A stretch of DNA of 64,000 nucleotides from the human T2T-CHM13v2.0 reference genome, Homo sapiens: assembly GCF_009914755.1 (NCBI RefSeq), contig NC_060929.1; one strand, given 5' to 3'. The translations under genes and the position numbers were made by a program. The notes beneath the pieces were generated by a model that searched no databases, was not told the DNA's origin, and saw only the letters and a list, made by a program, of their open reading frames with translations. Shown piece by piece: positions 39,490-52,983 of this stretch (its first letter is position 1; the number at the start of each line of letters is the position of its first letter).

Positions 39490-42400
39490 CACTCCTTAAA
39501 AGACAGCAGTTCTATAACATTATTTTTAGGCTGTCTTTACTTGGTGACTCGATGTCTGGGTTGTGTCATAACAAGGCCAATTAGAAAGAAAAAAATGCAC
39601 AAAGCCAGGGTACATCCCCTACCCATGGAATCAAGTTCATATCCCCCTTAGGATTTGCAAATCCGCTGTTCTTCTGGAGCTTAGGGCTTCTTGGGAGCCA
39701 GCTGTGCAGTTTTATGGCCTGTCTTTACCCCATGATGTCACTCGGTCATCAGAGAAGGTGCTATGGAGTTAAGGGAGGCTGGCTCCAAAGAAGCAAGCCC
39801 AAGGCACAGGGGAGCCGAGAGTGCATCCTGGAATAGCTGCAGGGAACTGGGGAAAGGAAGCGGGAGATCTTCCCAGGCAGGCTTTCCCATGCCCACAGCG
39901 AGGGGCCCCTTCTCAGTCCATGTGGGCAGATGGACGTGGCAGTTCTTCTCTCACCCACTGCTTGTACCTAAGCATGAGATCTGGCTGCAAGGAAATCCAA
40001 ATCTCTGGGGAAAAAAAAAAAAACCCAGACACACATACAAGCAGCTATGTTGGCCAATAGACCGCTGAAAACAATACTGAAGCAATGTCCACTCCCATTT
40101 TTACTCCCTTTTCCATGTAGGTCTCACTGGTATACATAACACATGGGCTCGAGGCAGGGGACACTAAGGAATATTTCTGGTTCCAATAATGCTGGGAGAT
40201 TTATTCTCCTTAGAGTCTTGTTCATTGTTATTATGGAAGTTTTTTTTTTCTTTTTTTCTGAAGATTTCTCTAAATATAATACTAAAACAAACAAACAACA
40301 GCAACAGAAAACCACCACTGCTCTATCAGGCCTATTTTCTCCAGGGAGTTTGGAATTCTATGGGGTGAGGAAGGAGGAAAGAGATGCTTCTGTTGGGCAG
40401 GATCACTACCAGAAAAATGATTGCCTATGGAAAAGGCACTGGGTTGGGAGTCTGAATGCCTGAGTTCCGAACCTTGGCTCAGTCGTCAATTCATGGAGGC
40501 TGTTCTATAGATCTTTTACCTCCCATGGCTCTAGTTTACCCCTCTAAATGTAGAATTTGGGTTAGCTAACTCTTTGAATTCCATGTAGCTTTAAGATACC
40601 AACATTGATTTCTTTAGCCTCTTTATGATGTAATTAAATAACCCTTTCCAACCCTCAAGACCTCTGGGAAATGCTCTTTGAAAATATACATTTATCAAGC
40701 CACTAACTCAACAAATCGTTGTCAACTACCCTGAAAAGACTCCAAGGGTCACTGGGAACCACTGTTACAGATGAGTATCAAAACAGAGGTCCGGAAGCTG
40801 AAAGGAATTAGGGTTAAAGTAAAAACAAATAATAAAGCAGGCTGGAAGTAGGTAAGACCGTAGTCATTTGTTGTTAATAGAGGGACCTTTTCCAACCACC
40901 TTCATCCTTATGATATTTTCATCTATAGATAGTTATCATTTTTTATAAATGGAAATGGGCCAAAGTTTGTTTAAAGCATTTTGTAACCTTGAAAAATCAT
41001 CCCCCAGACAACAAAGTCACATGTGATATAGACCAATATAGATATAGAGAGGGGAGTGCTTTTGGCCAGCGCTGTGCTTAATTTGCAGACACATTTAAAT
41101 ATCTTCAAGCTAGAAAACCAAACAAAATCAAATATAAGCAATAAAAAAAGTACTTTAACTCTGCCTCCCTCTCAAACCACTGCTCCATTTCTTCCTTTGT
41201 TTCCAGATGCTCTTTGGCAGAATAGACATGAAATGTTACCTTTCTTTCAGTCTTGCCCCACTTCACCCATAATTTTCAGTCTGTCCCCAGGACTTCCCTG
41301 GCTTCTGTCACTCCTGAGCCATTTGTTGCTGTAGGAACAAATGTTCCTGTGCTGTTAGCTCTTATCTTAGTGCCCTCTCTAAAGCCTCCAGCATCCTTGA
41401 CAAACTTGCCTCCTTAAACTCCTTCCTCTCACACAAGTTTCCAGGTTTCTTTAAAAAAATTATGACTAAAAACATAATCTTGGTTCATGGTAGAAAATTT
41501 AGAAACTGAAAGCAGAAAGAAATATAAAAATTACCCATAAGCTGATGACCCAGAGAGAATCGTTATTAAAATGTTAGCGTATTTGCTGGCATTTGTGGGT
41601 GGAGAATAGAGCGAGGAGAGAACAGCAAGTTGAGGCCAGAGAGAGGGAGGGTACCAGACATGGGGCCATGCAGAGGGTGCTGGGGAGTTGGGACTTTGTC
41701 CTGAGTGCAATGAGAAGATGAAGAGGGATTTTAGGTCAAAGAAAGGTCATCTTTGTGTTTTACAAAGATGACGAAAGCCATGGCAGGAAACAGTTGGTGT
41801 TCATTCTCAATGCCCCACCTTCCATCATTTCCTGACTCTGGAATATTCTAGACTTTATGGCAACATTTTCCTTCCCTGAAACATTATGTCTCGTGCTCTT
41901 TTCTATGCACTCCAGACACTCAATGCAAGAACTGAAACCAGCTTTATCCAAACCCTGTTGTTCCTTCAAACAGCTTGAAGTGCCCACTTATTCCACCTAT
42001 TTAAGCCCTTCTTGATGTCCTTCTTCCCCAAAGCCCTACTCATGAGGCCACATTTTACCAGCTGCTTCATGGGATATAACCCCCAGCTGCACTGGGACAG
42101 GGCCATCATCGGGAGATGAGTATGTATATTTCCATCTTTGCTTTCCCATCAGTGTTCCTTGCGTTATTCCTTGAAGCTATCATGCCTGATGAATTAATAA
42201 TAAAATGTAAAAAAAAAAACTATATGACTCCTCCCAGCATAACAGCTTTTTACAAACTTCAAATGTATACAAAAATGAAGAGGATAGTATATTTAACCCC
42301 TGTATACCACCAACCAACCTCTCTGCTAATTAACGCAAGGTAAATCCTATTTCATTTGCTCTCCCACTCACTACATCCTACCCAGACACTGCATATAAGA

Positions 42401-42547
42401 AATTGCATTATAATAGATGAAATACATTAATCCCAAAGAATGTATCTTTCAAGGGGGGAATTACTGGCATTTTTCTTTATAATACATCATGATGTTCAAG
42501 ACTACTGGCATTTTTTACTGAAAGACAGGGAAGAATAACTTTTGTAG

Positions 42548-42766
42548 GTGACTCTGCTGGTTTAAAGTGTGGCACTTCCCCCTTTGCTTTCTCTCTCCTG
42601 CTGCCACGTAAGATGTGCCTTGCTTCCCCTTTGCCTTCTGCCATGATTGTAGGTTTCTTGAGGCCTCCCCAGCCATGGGGAACTGTGAGTCAATTAAACC
42701 TCTTTTCTTTATAAATTACTCAGTCTCAAGTAGTTCTTTATAGCAGTGTGAAAATGAACTAATATA
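42548..42766 (+). mobile_element. MSTA-like MaLR LTR, 3' half
   Basis: ttgccttctgccatgattgta..gaggcctccccagccatg..gaactgtgagtcaattaaacctctttt..gcagtgtgaaaatgaactaata. Confidence 0.9.
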
Positions 42767-44467
42767 GTGACTGTTTAAATGATCATGCACCCAGTTCAGT
42801 TCTTGCATTGAACGGGGAATATATAAAGGAATATGAGACACATAATGCTTTTGGGAAGGAAAATGTTGTCAGAAAGTCCAGCACAATTTTCTGGGGGATT
42901 TGAAATAACACGTTAAATAGAGATCAAGCTATCCTTTAGAGAAGAAGTGCCCAGAAGAGGAAAGTATGCCACACAGAATGATCTTCCACCCTCAGAGATA
43001 TTTGGCAACAGGAAATGTGCTGGAGGAGTCAGCATCCTGAAGTATACAGGTGCTTAAAGAGCTGAGGATGATGCTGGAAGGTAGTATGCAAAAAGGCAAG
43101 ATCTTTATTTTTTTTTTCTTTATGGAACACAATTAAATGATAATAGTACCATGTAGCACAGTTTTATGAAGCAATAATCCAGTTCCCAAATGGGTAAACT
43201 ATAAACCTGATGGCCAAGTCATTTATCCCAATGAGGTGTCCGATTATTGCAGGGGAAAGCAGGGGCTTGCCCTGTTATAATAATTTTGCTATATGAGCTT
43301 AAATAGCTCTAAGACACTCAGCGTGAATTCTTACCCTGAGTAGAGAAGCTGGAGCTTTGAATCCAGGAGGAAGGTGGAAACAGGTGGAGGTGGGCTGGGG
43401 AATGTGTTTGGGGAGTGCTCAGGGAAGGTGAGACCTTGCAAAGGAAGCTAGATGGTAGAAATCACCCTGCAGGGGTGGGTGAATTTAGTTATCGTTAAAA
43501 AAAAGAGACCATAATTCCTTATAATTCCTTATACTTCCTTGCTTGTCAAGCAGGAAACTAGTTTGTAAGGAAAATCAGGAAAAGAAAAGTACTGTGAATT
43601 TGGCGGCTCCAAGTATTTGCCAGCATTTTTATATATCTTATCTCATTTAATCCTTGCCACAACCCTGTGAAGGACAGACTATCTTCTATATTCTATAATT
43701 CAGGAAAATGTTGCTCAGAGGTTAAATCATTTGCCTAGGAACGTAGGGCTCCTGTGCTGAAGTCAAGATTCAAACTTGCTCCTTTGACCATACTAGTTTG
43801 CCTCACCAGGAGAGTTACAAGGAAGAGCCTCCAGTGAAATCTGACCTGGTACTGAATGGAGACTCTCCAGGGTCCACTTAGTGGTTCCTGATTACAAAAT
43901 GTTCTTATACTCTGGGCAGTAAAGAAAGAATGCTGAACATATTTTTTTGTTTTGTTTTGTTTTCCTAATGGGATCTCTGGAGCCAGGAAGGCAGCCTCCC
44001 ATTCCTCATAGAACCCAGATCTGTCCTATTCCTGAGCATTTAATGTTCTCCTGTAAAGCACTCATTTTATTCTGCCAAGCACCCAGCATATTGCCAGGCA
44101 CATGATGAGACATCAATACATATTGCACAGTAAGTGGACAAATGAATGGAAACATTGCCTGCATGTGTATCTCTGCCCATAGAGAGAGTAGTATTCTATT
44201 GTGTTGCCATATTCTTTAGGGTCAAGTTCACAGTTATTTTTCCTGTATTCCTAAAGCACTTTTTGTCCATGCCATTGTCAAAACTCATATACCATAGTTT
44301 TTGTTTTTCGTTTCTTATGTAAGAATCTTGCCCCTCCTTTTACAGTAAAGCAACTTAAGGTCATGGACTGTGTCTTAATATTCCTCCCTAGAGCACCCAC
44401 CACAGCATTCCATTAGAAGGTGCCCAATGACTGTTGGTTGAACTGAAGAATCTAAATGAATTTGAGG

Positions 44468-44715
44468 AGGCAGAAGGCATAGTGGTTAAGAGCACAGGCT
44501 TTAGAGAGAAACAAAACTGTATTAGAAACTGGCTCCGGTGTTAGCTAAACTTGAAAAATGTTTTACATTTATTTTTGAGTACCATCTTCCTCATCTGTAA
44601 AATGTGGACAACAATGGGAGCTGCCTTGCAGGTTGGTGTAAAGATTAAATGAGGCAGAGCATGGCAAGTACTAAGAACAGTGCTTGGCATATGGTCAGTG
44701 CTCTGATAAGTGGTA
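44468..44715 (+). mobile_element. MIR, near full length
   Basis: gcatagtggttaagagcacaggcttt..cctcatctgtaaaatg..gattaaatgag..aacagtgcttggcatat. Confidence 0.88.
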
Positions 44716-45317
44716 GGGAAAAGAAAAAGAGGAATGTAGACAGCAAGAGAGCTGACCTCAATTTTCTGACAACAGAAAGGGGTGTGGATAGGGATGAGAA
44801 TGCAGGGAATCACTTAACTAGATCGAACAGTGATAACTTTCGAAGGTATGGATTACTTGCAAAAGCCAACTGGTCTTAGAAGTTGTAGCCATTGTTATTT
44901 ACTCTCTTCCCATTACTTTGAGATCTATTAGTCACCTCTGTCTTCTATTGCTTGTTGGAGGACAACAGGTCAGACCCACAACTGGTACATCTCTGCTGAT
45001 CTCAAGTCTCTGAGAAACTCCAAGTAATTCTTCCTCACAGTGATTAAGGAATCTTGTCTAAAAACACCACCTGCGCCCCCCCAACCCCCAAGCAAGAAGA
45101 GGAAGAGGACAGTGCAGTAAAAAAAGGGAAGGGGAAGCAATATTTATTGAGTGCTTCCCATATGTAAAGAATTTATGGAGATTATGCTATACTGCATTTT
45201 TTGATATGTCAAAGATCCTTTATATTTTTTTTTACTTTTACCTATAAAATATATAGTTTTTATTTTTCTTTGTGAATTTGGCGGTCCCTTCCCTTCCTCT
45301 TCCTCTTTCTCTTTCAC

Positions 45318-45618
45318 TTTTTTTTTTAAATTTTGAGATAGGTTCTTACTCTGTTACCCTTGTTGGAGTGCAGTGGCATCACCATGACTCACTGTAACCT
45401 CGAACTCATGGGCTCAAGTCATTTTCCTACCTCAACCTCCTGAGTAACTGGGACTATAAGCATGAGCAACCATGCCTGGCTAATTTTTTAATTTCTTTGT
45501 AGAGATGGGGGTCTTGCTTTGTTCCCTATGTTGGTCCTGAACTCCTGACCTCAAGAAATCCTCCTACCTCTGCCTCCCAAAGTGCTGGGATTACAGGTGT
45601 GAGCCATCACACCTGGCC
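45318..45618 (-). mobile_element. AluJ
   Basis: Full diverged dimer. Confidence 0.94.
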
Positions 45619-45689
45619 GAAGTCTCCAATTTCTACTATTCTACTCTTACACAGCATTTTGTTAACTAAAGTGGGACATTCTGGTGAGA

Positions 45690-46050
45690 AAAGCAGGCAA
45701 TATTTAATGTCAGGTAGACAAGTGAAGAAGAAAATAAAGTAGGGTAAGGGAATAGCAAGTATTAAATAATAAAGGTACTGTTTTGGAGAATATGGTCAAG
45801 GGAGGCTTCTTCGGCAAGGTGACATCTGAGCAGAGACATGATATCCTGAGACTGTGAGTCACACCAATATCTAAAAGACATTCAAGACAGAGTAGCCAGC
45901 AAATCCCCTGATGTGCTCACCGGGGCAGTTGTGATTGAGAAACTGCAAGAAGACAAATCTCATTGGATGGACATGATGGAAGAAGAGGGTGACAGGAGAC
46001 AGGTTGGAGAGGTACCCAAGAGCCAAGTCATACAGGACATTGTAGGCAGT
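45690..46050 (-). mobile_element. L2 fragment
   Basis: tggtcaagggaggcttct..aggtgacatctgagcagagac..aggttggagaggta..gacattgtaggc. Confidence 0.7.
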
Positions 46051-46499
46051 ATTGTCCTTAGGTCACGGCAAGAACTTCAGAAGGTCCTAATCCCAGAAAG
46101 CATACATTTATTAACAAACACACGGGCCTCTATTATTTGTGATTCAGAGCTCAGTGTTGACACTGAGCAACCCATAATCCTAAACATCTGTTCTTGTGAC
46201 TAACACTGTTCAGGCTCCAGAGGAACATTTCTCCACATCTCTTGCCCTGTGTCCTCAAAACAAAAGGCCACTGCATCTAAAAGCTGTCAAGGTTTGACTG
46301 AGGGCTATGCTGTTGCCGACCCTGGAAACTAACACAGCTTCAGAACGTGGGAAGGATTTGAGTAGATGAAGTATTTAGGTAAAAGGAAAGACAAATAATT
46401 TGATAATTCTTCTTCTCAGATATCAAAAAAATTTTGCATAATAAAGTGTTAGTTTCTAGTGGAGTCAGTCATCCATTTTCTTGCTTCATCTTCCAAAAG

Positions 46500-47340
46500 G
46501 TGATTGTGAAAGTGCTTATGAATTCAGTTGCGTATAGTGGCTGAGGAACATTTTAGTAAAAAATTGACATTACTTCTAAATTTGTGTATGTATTTTTATG
46601 TCTAGTGGTAAAAAGTATGAAATATGGTACTGAGTCTTTATATTGGCAACTAGATGTTCTTTCAAACTAGAATTATGAGTAGTTTTATTTTTATAAAAAG
46701 ATTTTAATGTGTTTTAATTAGATTTTTAAAAAGTAAAGACATTTCAGCTTTATTTAAATAATTTGATTTAAAATATTGGTATTCATTAATGTAATTAGCC
46801 TTTTGTTTTAATTTTAATAGATAAAATTAATATTTTAGAATAAAACAGCATTTTTACAAACAGGAAAAATAATTTTAAGTGTTTTGATTTTGTACAGTTA
46901 TATTAGAATTTTTGATAAAAATTAATTTTAATATGGAGTAATTTGAATACAGTTAACTTTTAGTCTTTTGGATGATTATTGTCAAAAGAACAAATTATGT
47001 GAAAGTCTTACTTATAATAACATTTATTTTGCTAAAATAAAAAATTTGGATGAATGATAATTTGCATTATCTACATACTTATTTTATCATTTATCCAAGC
47101 TTTGCTAGCCCATCAACAAAACACACAAACATGCATAATAATAATTATTAAATGGAACAATCTGATATTTTGCCAACTTTCGGACATTTAAAACCATAGA
47201 TTTATACTTTTTGTCATATAAGAGCCATGGATTTACATATATTTGTAGGCTTCACCATTTTGTATATTTATCAAGTGGATAAACAGAAAATATTTTTTAA
47301 AGTTTTTTTTTTATTTAAAACTTAAACAAATTTTGTTCAT
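46500..47340. other. Extremely AT-rich tract, possibly an ancient DNA-transposon internal fragment
   Basis: Abrupt compositional shift; family not recognised. Confidence 0.3.
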
Positions 47341-47384
47341 GGAGCTTAATTTGAACTCTTGTTCCAAACTTTGTAAAGGTTGGT

Positions 47385-47745
47385 AGAGGCCAGCCAGTAG
47401 GCTATGGCTAAAATTGGGTTTTGTTCTGTGTGGTGGAGAGCCACTGGGGGCTTTTGACAGGGAAAAGCAATGGCCCTGCTGATGTTCTGAAGGGGGCTGT
47501 GCTGGCTGCTGTGGAGACAGCGGATGTCACTAGGGGGCAAGGACACTGGCTAGCAGACTATTGCAGTGGTCCAGGCAGGTTCGAGGGCTAGAGTGGTGGA
47601 GGTAGAATAGGTGAGAAGTGAGTTGGAGCTAGTTTTTGAAGGTAGAGACAAGAAGACTTGCTTATGGATTGGTGTGGAATGTAAGAACAAAGATTTGAGA
47701 ATGACTTCGAAGTCTAAGCCCCTGGCAAGGGATGGTGTTATTTAC
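47385..47745 (-). mobile_element. L2 fragment
   Basis: gagccactggggg.ttttgacaggga..ggctgctgtggaga..ctattgcagtggtccaggc..ttttgaaggtagag. Confidence 0.8.
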
Positions 47746-48339
47746 TTCTTACCTCTTAGGATTCTTGTGAGGATTACTGAACTGAAATGATATATGTAAA
47801 ATGTCTAGTATGTTGCCTGGTACGTAATAGCGGCTCAATAAATGGTAGCGGTGAACATTTCATTATCTTCTCATTTGTTCATCTCTAGAGCCATGCAAGA
47901 TACTGACATTATAATTTTCTTTTCCCTAGAAAAGAAATTAGCAAAGGAGTTGAACATCTTTGTCAAGGTTAAACAGCTAACAAATTGTAAAAGCAAGCTT
48001 AGAACTAGAGATTTCCCCATGAGAGACGCATGCAGAGAGCCTTTGAGGGCAGCTAAACCAGAGCAGGAGTTGGTGTTTGCCAAGTGTGGTTCGGGAACCT
48101 GGAATTTAAACTTCAGTGTCCTGTAGGTATGTTTTTTAAGAGGAACAGGTAAAAATACCTCTTCATGGAATCAGGGGTCAGGATTCTGAGTTCCCGGGAG
48201 GACTGAATCAGCGATGAGGCTCAGTCATCAAGACATTAGCAGGCTTTTCTCAGAGTCAGCTCACATAACTGCCGTGTCCTTCCTGTGCCTGTTAGTTTCA
48301 GTGAGTTACAGCCAGAGTATTTAACAGCAGACGCATCCA

Positions 48340-48700
48340 ATGTCTATTAAGTATCATATTTCAGGCATCATTCTAGGTTTTTATATGTATTATTTTTCCT
48401 TTAATTCTTACAATAGCCCTGTGAAGTAAGTAGTGCAGTGATCTCTAGTTTACAAGTCAGGAGATTGAGCCACACTCTGGTTAATTAACTTGCCCAAGGT
48501 TATGTATCCAATAAGTGGTAGAGCCAGGGTTCAAGCCCAACCATCAGATCTTACCCACCCTCAAACCATTTCATTGTAAAGATTTTAAAACCAAAGCTTA
48601 GAGAGGTCAAACACCTTGCCTAAGATCACACAGCTGGTTGATGGCAGGACCCAGAACCCTGAAGCCCGAACTCCAGTCCAAGTCTCTTCCGCTGGCCCAG
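48340..48700 (-). mobile_element. Two MIRs
   Basis: taacttgcccaaggtta..taagtggtagagccagggttcaagccca; ccttgcctaagatcacacagctgg. Confidence 0.8.
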
Positions 48701-49243
48701 GCTAAAAGGATCTTTTGCTTGCCTTTTGGAGGCTTTGACCTGTTTAGGGAATGGGCCCCAAATCTGGGCACAGTGCCAGATTTTTGTCTAGATGGTTTTG
48801 AAATTATGGTTTCTTTTATCTTTTTCAATCTTATTTTATGAACCTGGTGTGGAGAACTTGTTCACAGTTCTCTGCTTGGTTTCCCTGTGTAATCAACAGC
48901 AGACTGTTGCAAACAAGTCAGTTCCAAAAGTTCTCTTAAACATTAGAACTGCAAGAAATTTTGATGGAGTTAGGACATCCCTCCCCCTTTCCTCCTTCTC
49001 ACTACAAAACTAAAAGAGAAAGAGGTTACCAGCATGAATAAAACAGAGTAAGTCCATTTCCAATTTGCTTCTCTTTAAAACTCACTCCCCAAATGAAAGA
49101 CAGCTAAGACAACTGACCCTTTAGGCTTAAGGAACTCAACTGCTTAGAGGACAGGAGGAGGAGGCTGAAAGGTGACTCAGAAGGAATAGGGCTTGGCTGG
49201 GAGGGAATAGAGAAGTCAGATCTCTAATGGACATGGTCTCTAA

Positions 49244-49583
<340 letters not shown>

Positions 49584-50199
49584 GCCTTTGTTTCTTAACA
49601 TGCAAAGGGCCAATGAGTTACTTCCTAAATATTATTCCTAAGTAATTCAATTGATTGTTTAGAAGACAAACAACACTTGCTTCCCCATATCCAAACTGCC
49701 ATAGGTTTTTACTGAGCTTTCCTGCTGTGTTTTGCTTTAACGAGTGGTGAGATTGAAGAAGCTAATATTTGGTATAAACTGTTTTATTTCTGTAAAATAC
49801 TTTCATTTGTTTTTAGATCTCCAGAACACCAAAGAGGATTACAAACAAAAGATCGACGTTTCAGTTAGGAGAATAAACTTCCCTAACCAGAGTTTCTGGA
49901 GATAAGAGGAAACATGTCTTTTCCTCTTTGCAATGTCTGTCAAAAGGTTCACTCTTGTGGCTTTGCCCTCAACAAGCCAGGCTGAGATGGTGTTATGTCT
50001 TGTTAGGTAAATGGCAGGCCTTGTCCAAGTAGAAATTGAATTTTAAATAAAAATGCTAGCGCTTCAAATTTGCTATCTAAAGCCCCAGTGGATGTGATTG
50101 CATGCTGGGGACATAAGATGGGGCTAAAAACTCTCCAAAGTCACTCTTCTAGGTGTCTAAACTCACTAAGATCACAGCAGGCACCACAGACATCACACC

Positions 50200-50720
50200 T
50201 GGAATCTGGAATGAGCATTATAAAATTGGCAAGGCTGAAAAGGCATTAGTAAACATTATTAAGAATTCCTTGCAGGCAATTAGACTCCTACAATATCTCT
50301 GGAGAGGGTGTTGTTTTTTTTTTTCTTTTCTTCCTTTTTTTTTTTTTGCATCTTTATTTCTAACTTGCTAATGAGAGAGTAATGAGGCACATACTTGTTA
50401 CCTAGAAGGGATATCTCGGCAAAGCTCTAGTGAACTTAAAAACAGTATTTACCAACTGATTATTGTTTGCATTCATTATAAATTTTAAATTAGAAGGAAT
50501 TGTAATAAAGAGAGCCAGGAAACGAGCTGTTCCTCACTCAGAGGTTTCATGGTCCCTTAAATGGTGATATGCTGAGATTTCTGCCACTGACATACTGGCA
50601 ATGGCAGGGGCCTCTTGAGAGACTGTGTTTCACAGCTCTGGGCTTGTTTCTTTTCCTTGTTTGTTTTATAAAATGCGATTGGCCTAACCCACATGCAAGA
50701 CAATGATATCTCGTATGTAG
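50200..50720. promoter_or_regulatory. Candidate enhancer-like block
   Basis: Repeat-free; TTATAAAA, GTAAACA (50249), TAATGA x2, TATTGTTTGCAT (50461), GTAATAAA, TTTTATAAAA, ATTGG. Confidence 0.35.
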
Positions 50721-51436
50721 GGTCAAAAGATCTGTTTTCTATGGAAAACATATAAGACTTTTTGCATCCTCTTCACTAACTCACACCACTCCATCCCTTC
50801 CTCTTTTTTACATATTCATTTCTTTCCTGAGCTCCCTTCTCCAAAAGAGGGAGAACATTTGTGGGCAGTTGACCTTGACTGAGACTCTCCCCTGTCTTCA
50901 GGAGATAGGTTTTCCACCTACCTGCAGAGACAGGACAACAAACATGCCTTCCCAGCAATGTGGCCCCATCACAGAAACTCCATCGTGAACCCAGGTGCCC
51001 CTTTAGCAGGGCCAGGAAAAGATAAATTTCATTTCTTCTCTCGCTTCTCTTCCCTTTAATTTCCCATATTTTTTTCCTTTGGCTGTGACAGAAAAACTGG
51101 AGAAGTGCAGGCCTGCCATCCATGATCACTTTCCCTTACTCCTTGGCCTGCTTTATATGGTTTTATTATTCTTGTTTTGGTTTCGCATCTGTGTGTTCCT
51201 CTCATCTACCTGTGGAGGCCAGTCTGTGTTCTCCCAGTAATTTCAGTATTCTCACTTTTGGGGCAGGCAGACAGATGACCACAGCTGCGTGGGGAGTGGA
51301 AGACCATAGGGAGGGTGGGCACCTGTTCTGTTTGGCCTGGGGGCTCCGGTTTACAGGTGTTGTAATGATTAGTGTGCTCCTTTTCACTCTCACGTGGGCT
51401 CCGGTTTGGATGATAAGTTATATGAGCTTCCTAGTC

Positions 51437-51614
51437 CAGTGGTCTCACTGTGTGGCCTCCGAACCAGGAGCACCAGCATCACCTGGGGATTTGTTAGCCT
51501 CGGGCTTCCTCCCAGACCTACTGAATCTGAAACTCTCGGGGTGGGGCCATCCATTTTTAGTTTAACAAGCTCTCCAGGTGATTCTGATGTACGCTGAAGT
51601 CTGAAAACCCATTG
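51437..51614. mobile_element. MER5A
   Basis: cagtgg..cagcatcacctggg..agacctactgaatctgaaactct..ccaggtgattctgatg..cattg; TSD TCCTAGTC/ACCTAGCC. Confidence 0.9.
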
Positions 51615-52339
51615 ACCTAGCCAGGCACTTGGCTAAATAGTTTACTTGCATTATTTCATTTGATACTTGTGACAACTAAAGAAACTGAGGCTTAGAGAGG
51701 TTAAAAAAAATTGATGGAGCAGGGGTTTTAATCGAGGAGGTCAGACTTCTGAATACCTGCTCAAGTGTTAATTGAATGGAAACAAACTCTCTTAAATGCT
51801 GTAGATCATTTCTCTAACATGAGTGGATTTATTCAAATGCTTTCTACTCCAGAGGGAACGTACTGATGGGCAGGAGTACTGAAAGAGGCAAATGAGTCTA
51901 GAATGGGAAACATTGGGTTCTCAGTGTTGGGTCTCTCTAACCAGAAAGCAAGTGAGTCCTACTGAATGAAAAAAAAAAATCTCTAACCTGACTTCCCCTT
52001 TATGCAGAAGATCAACTTGCATTCAGTCCCCATCTTTGAGGTGTACTAAGGTAACTTCCCATTCTGTAATCTCTAACCGTGGCTGTGTGTGAATGTGCAT
52101 GGGTTGGTGATGAGGGAACAGTTGTTTTGTAGGACATTAAATCAAGTTGCCATGTGCCACAAAGGGTGGGCACAGACAACTTGCTCTGCATGTGGTCCTC
52201 CGGTGGGAATGTGCCTGACCTGGGAGTCAGGAATCTGTCAGTGATTACAGGAGAATCTGGTGAATCAGGAAAAGTTGTAAAGCTTTCATTCTTTTCAGAG
52301 AATAAAGAAAACAAAATCTCTCTTATTGTAGAATACAGC

Positions 52340-52560
52340 ATATCTGTTAAGAGCATAAGTTTTAGAAGACACACATAAGATCTCATTTAAATCTCAGCTC
52401 ATGTGATCTTGGGCACATTTCTAACCTCAGTTCTACCATTCATTAAATTGAGATGACATTTTTATATATCTTACAGAGAATTAAATTAGAGAATTTAATG
52501 AAAGTAAGATGCTTAGTCCAGTGCCAGGAATATAGTAAATGCTCAAATAGGTGACTGTTT
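52340..52560 (+). mobile_element. MIR
   Basis: gttaagagcat..tgtgatcttgggca..cctcagtt..cagtgccaggaatatagtaaatgctcaaata. Confidence 0.75.
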
Positions 52561-52963
52561 TCTTTGAACCCAAGAGAAGGTTCTTGCTGATGATACAAGG
52601 ATATGACAAGAAAGACTATTTCAAGCTTTAAAGGAGTACATATGGGACTAATTTGAAGGGCAATAAGAATCACTGGGAGGCAAATAGAGGCAAATGAGAG
52701 AGCCATAGGATTCTGGGGAGTAGGGGGAGAAGGTGTCTTCTAAAGAATTTCTATCAGCAAGGCAGCACCATCACTCCTGGGTCTAGTACAGAAGTGGCCT
52801 TAGATCATTTCCATGTATGAAAGGAACAAGGGCTGAGAGGTTCAAGGCATACTGCAGATGTATGGGGGCTAGCCTAAGAGGTAGACAATAGGGAGTCTGA
52901 ATTTCAGGTGAATGCATCCGGGGAGAATATAAAGTAAAGCAGACAGAAGCAGAAATGAATGCG

Positions 52964-52983
52964 ACACACACACACACACACAC
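52964..52983. repeat. (CA)n microsatellite
   Basis: About 10 CA units visible. Confidence 0.9.

Noticed and set aside
49817-49905. Acceptor-like TTTGTTTTTAG followed by a short open frame (DLQNTKEDYKQKIDVSV..)
   Set aside because: No convincing donor, the frame stops after about 29 codons, and the peptide is unrecognised
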